Below, one piece after another: positions 23,945 to 34,610 of a stretch of DNA of 64,000 nucleotides. Origin of the DNA: Psilocybe cubensis (Eukaryota); the NCBI GenBank assembly GCA_017499595.2, contig CM038999.1, forward strand, positions 2,170,001 through 2,234,000, written 5' to 3'. The first letter of the stretch is position 1. Every line of letters begins with the position of its first letter. A program made the translations under genes and the position numbers. The notes under the pieces are model-generated. The model did no database searches. It saw only the letters and a list, made by a program, of their open reading frames with translations, and was not told the DNA's origin.

Positions 23945-26900
23945 TTAGAAGTCATCCATGTCGTTGCTCCATGTGTCTTCATCTTCCTCACTCTCGTGTC
24001 CAAGTTCTCTGATCATCCGGTCTAGCTGAGGTTGAGGAATGACTGAACCGTCTTGTGGAAAATAGTGAAGAAGTCAGAAAGCAGCTATGCCTTGAGCCAG
24101 TTGCGTACCATTAAGTTCTCTAAGCACATATGATCCTCCTCGTGTCTGTCGTACAACTTTGTAAGGTCCAAGATATTGTGGCTTGTGCTTGCAATTCATC
24201 TCCTTCTTGACTTGACTGTTCCTGACGAGGACTAGATCACCAAACTTGAAGCTTTCTTGTCGAAGACGTCGAGCAAATCGTCGTTCAAAAGTAGTTTTGG
24301 ATTGAAGTCGTAATTGTTTTAGAACCTCGGCTATGTTGGCTAAGTCTTCATCTTGTTTCATGAGTTGTCAAACACGGAGAGCTAGGAGATCTTCAGAATT
24401 CATTGCTTGTTGGAATCCGTCAACTAGAAACGTGGCTTCAAGGAGATCAAATGAAAGAACAGGATGAACACTATGCATGACGTAGAAAGGGAAATGTCCA
24501 GTAGAGCGTCGAGTGATGCATTTGTTGGAGAAGAGTGTGTGATGAACGTACTGTGGCCAGTCTAGAGGTCGGTTGCCACAAGCTTTGAGAATGGATTTAC
24601 GGAAGTCAATGTGACCACGTTCAATAGATCCATTGGCTTTAGAGTTGTAAGGAGAAATGTGAACTTGAGGAATGCCGTACTTTTCCATCAAAAGACTGAA
24701 AGCGCTAGAGACTTCTACTCCATTGTCCATGCGTACAATAGCAATAGCACCATATTGGCATATGACTTCTTCCCAAAAGAAAGTGGCTAGCTCTTCGGAA
24801 TGTAAAGACTTGAGGGCACGTCCTTCAGGTGCACGTGATACCTTCAGGTGCACGTGATAAATCGTCTCAGGCTAGGACTACGTATTGGAAGCGTCCAGAC
24901 TTGGGGCATGTACATGACGTCGACATTGATGATAGTGAAGATAGTTGGAGGAGCTGTGATAGTGATAGGAACTTTGCTTTTCTTGGTGGATCTGATCTGA
25001 CATTCATGGCAAGTAGTGAAATGATACTTGATATCTTGAAAAAAAAATGGCCAGAAAAACCGAATGCAAATAACTCCAAACACACCATATACTCCTTGAT
25101 GTCCGAGTTCTTCATGAGCTTGAGTAAGAATGAGACATCGCTTGTCTAGATCTAGAATAACCAAGAGTGGAGGTCTTCCTTGTCGTTGTCAATAGAGTTG
25201 ATCATCTTTGAGATAGTACTGAATAGCGCAAGCAAGGAATCATCGTCGGGACTGCAAATTGGGAAAAGGTGGTATAGTTTGGTCTATAAAAAATTGAAAA
25301 ATTTGTCGAAGTGTCCGTTCTTGAGAAGAAGAAGAAGCAATAAAAGAAGGAAGCAAGATAGAGTCATAGGATGGCATAGAAGAGGAAGTAAAAAGAAAAG
25401 TAGGGAAAAATTTGACCGTATTAAGAAGAGCAATGTTGTCGAGCCAGTCATTGTCTTTTTGAGGTTTTTCTAACTCTTCAGAAGTTGGTTGTTGCCTTGA
25501 AAGTCCATCAGGTCCACGATGATTACCGGCCTTTACATGGATGAGCTTGAAGTCAAAGAGAAGAATGCCTTGTATCCATCGATTCATACTAGCACTAGGC
25601 TGCAAGTCAGGCTGATTGAGCATGCCTTTGATGTACTTGGCGTCGACTTCAACGTAGAGGTTCTTGACTCCAATAAGATAGAGGCGGAATTCTCGAAGAG
25701 CACGGAAAAGACCATATAACTCAAGCTTGGGCTGACTGTATCGTGCTTCTCGTGGATTAAGTGAGATAGAACCATAGCGGACAGGTCGTCGGATGCCTTC
25801 TTTGTCAAGTTGATAGAGAATGATACCAATAGCAATGTGAGAAGTGTCCACGGCAAGAATAACTGGGCGATCGGATGAATAGTCAATAGAAGTGAGAACA
25901 GGAGGATTGGAAATGATTTCTTTGAGGGTTTGGAAAGAGTCTTCTTGTTGTTGAGTCCAGACAAAGGGTTTGTCCTTACAATAGAGTTCTGTGAGCGGTC
26001 AGACAAGGGCTGAGTAATTTCTGATCCAAACACGCATTGTTCCGCATAGACCTAGAAAGGATCGGATGTCGTGAACAGACTTTGGTCGTGGCCAATCAGT
26101 GACTTTCTGTATCTTGCTCTGATCGGGTAGTCGTCCGTCTGGAGTGCATAATTGTCCAAGGATAAGAACTTCAGGCTGAGCGAGCTGAGTCTTTGGTCCA
26201 GAAAATGTAGCACCAGCACATCCCATGCAATGCATAACTCAATGAACATTTTGAGCGTGTTCCCAGACAAATCATCGTATTCCTGGATTTTCTGGAAGTG
26301 TTTCTGGATTGCCATCCTCGTCTAAGTACTGTGTTGGAGGGCCTTTGATAGGAATGTCATCAATAAAGACATTGGCTACGTGAGGGATCTCGTCACGAAG
26401 GATAAAGGTGGTACAGGCTTGAAATTCCGCTACTGCATTCGTATATCCCATAGGCATTGAAGTAAGTTGAAGAGGTCCAATAGGCAACTGGAATGTGGTA
26501 AGATCTCGGCTCATAGGATGGATTTTGTGTGCGTCGTATCCCCAATATAAGTCAAAGACCGTGTAAATAGAATGACCAGCAAAGGGAACCACAAAGTTGT
26601 CAAGAACTGGAGGAACTCCTGCATTGCGATAGGAAATAGAGTTAAGAATCTGCAGATCATGAACTAGATGGATAGCACCAGATATCTTCTTCTTGACCCA
26701 GAAAATTGGAGAGCAATACGGAGCTTGGCTTGGTTTGTATACTCCAGCGTCTATCTTTTCATGTAAGAGATTGATAACTTGATCCTTGATGCCGCGTAGA
26801 ATAGGAATGTTTCGGACTACCCAGGGCTCGTGATCCTCAACAGGAAAGATGTATGGAGAGAAGTATTCTTCAGAAAATGTTCCACGTTCGGACTGATGAA

Positions 26901-29277
26901 AAGCGAGTGAGCGTTCATTGAGTTTAAGAATATGAAGGAAAAGCTTTTTTTCTTCCGGCCATAGGAATTTGTTGGCGTTAATGTTCATTGATTGTATGCG
27001 TTCAAGAGTGAGTCTGGTTGTTGGCGTAAAGGCAGGGGGATGGAGTGGGAGAGGTGGGAGAGATAATAAGGGATCAACAGGAATTCGTCGTATAACTTTG
27101 GCCGATTCTGGAGTAACCCGATTTATAGGTCTAACTTTCCGATCGACTCGTTTATAGGCTGTATTGGCAGAAGAGGGGGAAAGAATAGGTGATATGAATT
27201 GATTCATGGAGGCTCGGAAGGTTGATAGTGTCGATCCTGATGCGGCAGTGAATACAAAACCAATTGTAGGAGAGCTTGACGACCTTGCCGAATTAGTTCG
27301 GTTGACGGTGGGTTTAGCAGTAATATCTGAATTGAGTGACCATGATCTCGCATAAATGCTTTGATCTATCCAAAATTTCTGTAGGTCTTGACCCATCAGA
27401 GGTAATGGAGTGGTTGTCCTTCTTATCTTGTCCGTAAGCTTGATTTTTTGCTCTTTGTGGATAAGATGAAGCCCTTCCCAATTCTGTAGAAGTTCGAGGT
27501 GTATTGGAGGCGTGATGATGGTGTATATTAGAGATAGAGATTCCGTATAGCATTCCTTTGGGAGATTGCTTGTGTTTCTCCAAGAACTCTGCAATAGGTG
27601 ACCTGAGGATTCGTTTGCGGACTGAAGTGGTGAAGCGGAGGTAGAACAAATAAATAAAAGGGAGGAATAAATAAAGGTTAGTTTAACGACTTTTCGGTCG
27701 ACGTACATACAAATGGATAAAGTGGAAAGAAAATGAAAATAAAAGGTAAAGAAAAAGGTTGTATGGCGTGGAGTTGCTATTGAGAGTGTGAATGTGAGGA
27801 AAAGGCGCATAAAAGAAAAGTGGAGGCGTTCAAGAACTCGTTGCACAAATGAAAAATCTACATAAGTGCCCGTGAAATGGAAAAGAGAAACGCAAAATGT
27901 GGGAATAAAATGGGAAGTGGGATAAAGGCATAACAATGAGGAAGAAGAAACACCAGGAATAGCAAAGGTGACAAAGAAAAATTGAGGGGATTGGAGAACA
28001 AAAAGAGGGCGTTGAGGAAGCAAGCTGATGTCCATGCACCATCCAGATAGTCAGTACAATGTGTTGGCGTCCAAGGGATGTTCTTCCGTGTTGTCAATAC
28101 CAAAGGGACTTTTCTCTCCATACTGATAGTACCATTCATTTCCATTGTCCATATTTGAAGCTCGCGATTCGTGCATTGTGCTGGTTATGGGAAGAGGTAA
28201 AAGGGAAGAATTGTGGTCGACCTCTTTGCCATTTTGGGTGATTCGTAGCTCTTCTTCATCTTCGTTTAATGGCTCTTTCGGGCTGTCATGGGCTACTCGC
28301 AGAGGATGTACCAAAGCTTTCAGGCCTCGATGATGCTCATCTACATTTGCGGTGACCGTCAATGATACACGTGTTTCTTGGTGAATCATAATCAAAAGAG
28401 GCGTTTCTGGAAGAGCAGAACTTCGGGAATGAGGTTGGGGAATAGAAGAAGCGTTTTGAGAGCGAATGGATTGGGGATTAAAATGAGTCCAGGATGCTGA
28501 GTGACGTTGGCCCATTGGATAGGCACTGACTGAAGCAGAGTGGTTAGATTGAGATGAGATACCAGTGCGACTGAAGTGTAGAATAGTTGGAGTCGTTTTC
28601 AAGTTTATATGGCTGTCTCTCTGCAGATAAACATAATGGACAAAGGCCGTTCCTATTTGGTCAGAAACAACACGAGTAGGAGAAGAGTAAGTGGCGTCGT
28701 ATAGAATCCAGTCTTCAAAGCGCAAGTGGGGGTTGAGCATTCCCATAGCCATAAGGTGAGTATTGTCAGAAGAGAATTGAATAGCTTCTACTTCAGGTGA
28801 GCTCAATTGTTCCATTTCTGGATTGTCGTCAGCTGGTTTTTCTTCATGTGGGTCGTTATTGTCTGAAGTGTGGGATTTGATGGACGGATTGACAGATGGT
28901 GATGGTGGCTGTTCTATTTGTGGGGCCTCATGTGTGGAATCATAAGGTGGTGTGGAAATATGACCATAATGGGCTGTCGCATTGAATTGAGAAGTTCCCG
29001 AGTCATCTTGATACATTGAGTCATAATCGGAAGCGTAGAGACCGTGAGAGGAGTCCTGAGTCGAGTCATGTTTGCAGTTGGAGTCAGAAAAAGAGGGTGC
29101 ATCTTGTGAAGTAGATAAGTCCTTATTTGGGTTAGCAGATTTGTCCCGATTCAGAGATTGTTGCCTAGTAAGGATAGATAACTCGATCATGGAAGGGGTA
29201 GGTGATGGATAGCAAAGGTTGTCCAATAATTCACCGGGTTCTAAATCTTCTTCAATTTCACCTTCTTTGGCATCCGG
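23945..29277 (-). pseudogene. Ty3/Gypsy pol (long spacer, RT, RNase H, integrase, GPY), inverted and disrupted
   Basis: RT VFDLYWGYD and VFIDDIPIKG; RNase H VDTSHIAIG, YSQPKLELYG, VDAKYIKG; INT HEELGH..CHEC, VDVMYM, RMDNG, NGSIERGH; LGPYKVV. No chromodomain seen. Stops, frameshifts and a 19-bp duplication at 24822-24859. Confidence 0.92.
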
Positions 29278-30907
29278 TATCATACCCCAATCCTGATTGG
29301 AGATGAGATGTTCATTTTGGATCTACACACAACGCCCTCAACCCAAGCAGTCATTCTTTTCATAAGTCATCCACACATCTTATCTTATCAACACTCGTCA
29401 CATGGGAGCCACGTTATTCCGGATCATGTCACTTCGTCGGATCATCAAGGCTATGCGACGGATCAGTCAACCATCAAAACTGCACAGCTTTCTACACTGC
29501 CTTGCACAGCCGGACTGTCAACTCTATTTTTATCAATTCAATGGTCTTACTCAGCCTCAGGCTGCGGATTACTCATTCCAACTTATTTTTGGTTTGTCTT
29601 ACTCATCCTTTTGTGTTTATTTATATCTTTTCTATTGTCTGTTGCGCTTTTATTGTCTTTGTCTTACCAATCTTCTATGCTTTCTGACTCATCCTTGCTT
29701 CTTTTATCTAATCTGTATTACCATTCACCTTCGTCATACACTTCTTTCTTACTCATCCTATTCATTTCTTATCTGTCGTCGTGTTGATATTGACATGCCT
29801 TATTGTTCTTGCTTATTGTTACACTTGCGTAGCCTCATTCTTGACACTTTGTACAGTATATGACTCGGTTTTCAGTAGCTCAGATTGGTATTTCGTTCAC
29901 GTAGCTTTTAGTATAAAAGCTGTAGTAGAATTACACGAAATGACAGGAAAGTTACACCCAGTCCCCACTTTCTTCAAAGCAAGTCAATTTTCATCCAAGT
30001 CAAGTCAATTTCAAGTCAATCCACATCGATTCATTTCAATTCCAAGCTCAAGTTCAAGCCAAGCCCAAACCCAAGTCCAATTCAGTCCTCAGTTCTACCC
30101 TCCGTCGAGACCAAGTTTACTTCCATTCATCCAAAGTCATCTCGCTTTCCATTAAGAGAGGATTTCATCCGAGACCAGTCATCCTCCTCATCCAACGCCT
30201 CTTCTTCTCAGCGTTGAATATCCAACTTCTATCCAGACCTCCAGTACTTCCCTACTTCCTCTCCTCCATTCAATCCGTCACCGCTCCTACTCTTTCTATA
30301 CCTTCCAACCATCGCCGTTAGGAGTGTATTCAAGACATCCTTTCCCTCTGTCAACTCATCTGGAGCGATTTCATTCGAGACAGACTTAGTCTTTCATCCT
30401 TGATTCAGTCAATACTCCTGCGACGTATAGCTTCATTCCAAGCTTCAGAAAGATTGTCAATTTAAAGACACTTTCACCATTCTTCAAGATTCAGCCCGTT
30501 AACGACATTCCGACCCCTAGTCATCTTCTCATCTCCCCTCGGAACGTTCCCCACTCACTTCAGACAACCCCTCTAAGATTCACATTTATTGATTTCTCAT
30601 ACGCATTCTACGCATCTTCTTCACGCTTTCCATATACACCCGCCATTCAATTCCACGGTTCCATCCCATTTTCGGAAGGCTTATTTACTATCGTACCCAG
30701 ACGACCCGGTTATCCTCTTCTTACTATTTCGCTTTTGTTACCCTTCACAATCCACACCATCCTAATCTACTTAAATCCTAGGCAGCGTCCTCCCTTAAGA
30801 AACTTAGGAGAAGGTTTTGTCCTATCCAGTCTGGACCACTCTTTCCCTGAGGTTTGTGTTTGTTGGATTACATATAGTTTATAACCAATCACAAACTTCG
30901 ATCTTCA
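29278..30907 (+). mobile_element. Ty3/Gypsy solo LTR 'D' (1630 bp); right inversion breakpoint
   Basis: CCGG|TATCATACCCC...GATCTTCA|GCGC. Near-identical to LTR B in the opposite orientation. Confidence 0.93.
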
Positions 30908-30913
30908 GCGCAC

Positions 30914-32428
30914 ATGTGGGAAGAGGCTGCTAACACAGAATTCAATCTGTTGCAGCACAATCAAACTTGGGAGCAAGTTGAGCTCCCTCCGGGTCAAAAG
31001 GCAATTGGCTGTGGTTGGGTCTTTAAAATCAAGCAAAATGCACATGGCAGTATAGAGTGCTACAAGGCTTGTATTGTTGCCAAGGGCTACAGTCAGCGCC
31101 CTGGCATTGATTACCATGAGGTCTTTGCTCCTACTTTCCGCCCTGCTACTTTCCGCTTGATTGTGGCTCTGGCCGCCATTGGAGACTTGAAGTTGCACTC
31201 TGTTGATATTACAGCTGCTTTCACTAAAGGTGACCTAGACGAGGAGATTTACATGTTACAACCTGAAGGATTTCACCAAGGTGGCCCTAACATAGTTTTG
31301 AAGCTTAAAAAGTCGCTCTATGGTCTTAAGCAGTCTGCACGTCAATGGAACCTCAAGTTGCATGAGGCATTGTCAGATATGGGGTTCAAGCGTATAGAAT
31401 CAGATCGCTCTGTCTACATCTATTCAGATGGAGATGTGAAGATTATTGTTCCCATTTACATTGATGACATCACCTTTGCCTCCAAATCGGACGCCGCCAT
31501 AGACAGAGCTGTTAAGCAGCTGGCTGCGCGTTTTGAACTCCGTGATCTGGGTCCTACACAGTATTTACTTGGTGTTGCCATTGAGCGAGATATGGCTGCT
31601 AAAACCATTTCCTTGCATCAGCGTCAGTATATCCTTGATATGCTTGATACATATGGCATGACTGATTCTAATCCGGTCAAAACACCTTTGGCTGTGGGCA
31701 CTGTTCTGTCCAAGGCAGATGGACCTCAGAATGGAGATGAGGTGGAATTTATGCGAAATGTTCCCTATCTCAATGCAGTTGGCTCCTTGCAGTATCTAGC
31801 CACCATGACCCGTCCTGACATTGCTTTTACTGTGTCCTATCTGGCACGCTTCAACTCCAATCCTGGGCCTAAGCATTGGGCTGCGGTTAAACATTTATTC
31901 CGCTACCTCAGAGGCACTCTGGATTACAAGTTGACTTATTCTGGCGCTGTGGGCCATGATAACTTTGTTACCTACACTGATGCTGCACATGGTGATTGTG
32001 TAGATACTGGACGCTCTACGAGTGGTTATTTGACCGTTCTAGCTGGAGGTGCTATTGGCTGGGCAAGCAAACTCCAAACTGTTGTAACTCTGTCTACTAC
32101 TGAGGCAGAGTACATTGCTGCGGTGGAGGCAGCCAAGGAAATTGTGTGGATGCGCAATATCCTTGAGGAGTTTGGCTACACAGTCACTGAGCCCTCTGTG
32201 CTGCATATGGACAACCAGTCATCTATCAGTGTTTCCAAGAATCCAGAGCACCATGGACGGATGAAGCACCTTGATTTGCGCTATTATTGGCTTAGGGATG
32301 CTGTTGGTGTTGGAAAGATTTCTCCTTCTTATATTCCTACTGATCAGCAAGCTGCTGATATTCTTACCAAACCCCTCTCACCTCCTAAAGTGGACTTTTG
32401 TAGAGATAAAATGGGTCTCAAACTTTAA
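30914..32428 (+). CDS. Copia RT-RNase H (3' half of the interrupted first unit)
   Basis: YIDD RT motif; RNase H YTDA, TEAEY, MDNQS, ADILTK. Confidence 0.85.
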   Translation: MWEEAANTEFNLLQHNQTWEQVELPPGQKAIGCGWVFKIKQNAHGSIECYKACIVAKGYSQRPGIDYHEVFAPTFRPATFRLIVALAAIGDLKLHSVDITAAFTKGDLDEEIYMLQPEGFHQGGPNIVLKLKKSLYGLKQSARQWNLKLHEALSDMGFKRIESDRSVYIYSDGDVKIIVPIYIDDITFASKSDAAIDRAVKQLAARFELRDLGPTQYLLGVAIERDMAAKTISLHQRQYILDMLDTYGMTDSNPVKTPLAVGTVLSKADGPQNGDEVEFMRNVPYLNAVGSLQYLATMTRPDIAFTVSYLARFNSNPGPKHWAAVKHLFRYLRGTLDYKLTYSGAVGHDNFVTYTDAAHGDCVDTGRSTSGYLTVLAGGAIGWASKLQTVVTLSTTEAEYIAAVEAAKEIVWMRNILEEFGYTVTEPSVLHMDNQSSISVSKNPEHHGRMKHLDLRYYWLRDAVGVGKISPSYIPTDQQAADILTKPLSPPKVDFCRDKMGLKL

Positions 32429-32491
32429 TCTTTCTTTCTCTGTTTTGCTTTATTTTTCTTTGTTCTGGAGACTTGTCAGAACAGGGGGGAG

Positions 32492-32930
32492 TGTTAAAAC
32501 TGCTCTCTATGTCTCCCTCACTTTGCTATCTTATCAGATTAGATTACTTTCTTCTTATCTTCATTTGCTCTCCAGACCATTCTAGACACATGATATTTAT
32601 CAGTCCATAGACTGGTCTGGACCGGACCAGAGTAGACCTAGGTAGACCAGAGTACTTGAGTCTACACAGTATATAGTCACTCTAGTTTACATCCTGAAGT
32701 CCCCAGTTACTCACTTCGGACTTCAGGTTAGTTTGTTAGCACTTTGCTCAATTCACTCAGTTACTCACTTCGGACTTCAGACGCTTCGTGCTCGCTTATC
32801 CCTGCGCCCTACGTTCTATAACTAGGTCGCCGAGTAGCTCACACTGCCCCGAGCTCGCCTGCTTCAACACTACGTTCTATAACTAGGTCGCCAAGTAGCT
32901 CACACTGTCTTGAGCTCGCCTGCTTCAACA
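32492..32930 (+). mobile_element. Copia LTR (439 bp including a 61-bp U5 duplication), preceded by PPT AGGGGGGAG and followed by PBS GGTTATGGGCCCC
   Basis: TGTTAA...TTCAACA termini. The PBS is of the copia/Ty5 (Hemivirus) type, complementary to the tRNAiMet anticodon arm. Confidence 0.95.
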
Positions 32931-33333
32931 GGTTATGGGCCCCGCGCTCTAAGCGCTCCAATTCCGTGTTTTGCGAACCAAGTTGCTTTCTGCATAGTTT
33001 TCACAAAACGGTCATTTTAGTCTTTTTTGCTTTTTATCCTCTACCAGGCCCGGCCATACATTGCCGCTGCTAGTAGGGTTGAACGAGCACGCCTTACGCG
33101 ACTTGTTAACCTCGGTTGAGCGGGCCCCCGTCGCCTAATCCCCGAGTTATTTCTAGTTAAAAGTAACCCTTTTAAATTAGGCTAGTTTAACTTCGTCTTT
33201 TCCACTTGCGTTCGCATCGCACCCCGAGCTCCGGGTAACGCCTAGTTCGTTTCCACACATCATTACACATTCCCACACATTACTACCAACACTCGTATCC
33301 ATCCGCTTACGCGTTCCTTCGCAATTCGCAATA

Positions 33334-34575
33334 ATGATTTCTGATCCCCAAATCACTCCATTGAACTCAACCAACTACAACACCTGGGCAGGCCAGATGA
33401 CCGCCTATCTCCAGTCTAAAGGGATATGGCGCATTGTCAGCGGTGCTAGAGCACAGCCAACGCTCTCAGACAAGCCTACTGCTCAGGAGGAAGCTTTGCT
33501 TGAAACCTACTTTGAGCAGAGAGACAAAGCATGTGGTTTGATCTATCTCAGTTTGGAGAATGATCAGATGGTTCATGTGGAAGCCATCAAGGATGATTCT
33601 ATCAAGATGTGGGATGCCCTCGCCGCTGTACATCAGCAAAAGCGCCCTGGCAACCGCTTTAATGCATATGATGATCTGTTCTCAATCCGAAAGGAGGAAG
33701 GTGAAAACCTTCAAACCCTGATCAATAGGGTTGAGCAAGCCATGTTGCTAATTCAGCAGCTTCGCCCTAAGGGGTTTGATCTGGCTAAGCTTGATAAAGA
33801 GCTTGCTTCGCTTGCTTTGGTCAGGGCACTCCCAGAAGAGTACAGTTCATTTGCATCCTCACTTCTCCTTTTGGACAAGTTGGACAAGGCTACAATTCAT
33901 CAAGCCTTTGTCACAGAGGACATACAGCGACGTCGCCGCGCTTCGGAGTTGCCTGCACTTGCCACCGCGTTCCAGACCGCTCCAGCCCCTTCTGCATCCA
34001 AGCCCAAGTGCGCATTTTGTGATATGACCAATCATGCAATGGACAAGTGTCACAAGTTCATTGCTGCGCAAAAGGATGCGAAGGAGCGTGTCAAAGCGGC
34101 TCGCAAAGGCAATAGAGCGCACAAGGCCTCAGAGGCATTTAGTGAGGAAAAAGAGTCCAAGGACATGGAATTTGCTGGAAATGCAAGTGCTCTTAATACC
34201 GATGTTCCCTCCGATGTTCCCTCTTCCATTTCACCCCAAACTAATGACGATTGGATTGCAGACACAGGGACGACTTCTCATATGACGCCCCATCGCAATT
34301 GGGTTAGAAATTACACCCCCCTTCGCATTCCAATCCGATTAGCAGATGAACGAGTTATTTATTCTGCAGGGGTGGGCACTGTGTTCTTTGAACCAGTTGT
34401 AAATGGAATAAAGTCAAGAGGCGTCGAGTTAACTAGAGTTTTACATGTACCAGATCTCCGAAACAATCTACTGTCTGTTCTATACCTCACAAAGCACAAA
34501 GGCTTCAAAATCACCATTGATGCTAATCTGGTCCTATCTCGCCCCCTACTCCTGAAGGCTATCGCTACTGGATAA
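33334..34575 (+). CDS. Copia Gag-protease (unit 1), ending in a short frameshift-derived tail
   Basis: LNSTNYNTW gag start, zinc knuckle CAFCDMTNHAMDKC, protease WIADTG(T)TSHM. Confidence 0.88.
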   Translation: MISDPQITPLNSTNYNTWAGQMTAYLQSKGIWRIVSGARAQPTLSDKPTAQEEALLETYFEQRDKACGLIYLSLENDQMVHVEAIKDDSIKMWDALAAVHQQKRPGNRFNAYDDLFSIRKEEGENLQTLINRVEQAMLLIQQLRPKGFDLAKLDKELASLALVRALPEEYSSFASSLLLLDKLDKATIHQAFVTEDIQRRRRASELPALATAFQTAPAPSASKPKCAFCDMTNHAMDKCHKFIAAQKDAKERVKAARKGNRAHKASEAFSEEKESKDMEFAGNASALNTDVPSDVPSSISPQTNDDWIADTGTTSHMTPHRNWVRNYTPLRIPIRLADERVIYSAGVGTVFFEPVVNGIKSRGVELTRVLHVPDLRNNLLSVLYLTKHKGFKITIDANLVLSRPLLLKAIATG

Positions 34576-34610
34576 CCTTTATTGATGACCATACAAAGAG
34601 TAGAGCTGCT

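Noticed and set aside
29308-30155. Hydrophobic ORFs (up to about 170 aa) in the Gypsy LTRs as env-like or membrane proteins
   Set aside because: They arise in several overlapping frames from T-rich U3 sequence, and the frames differ between LTR A and B/D through an indel, so there is no coding signal.
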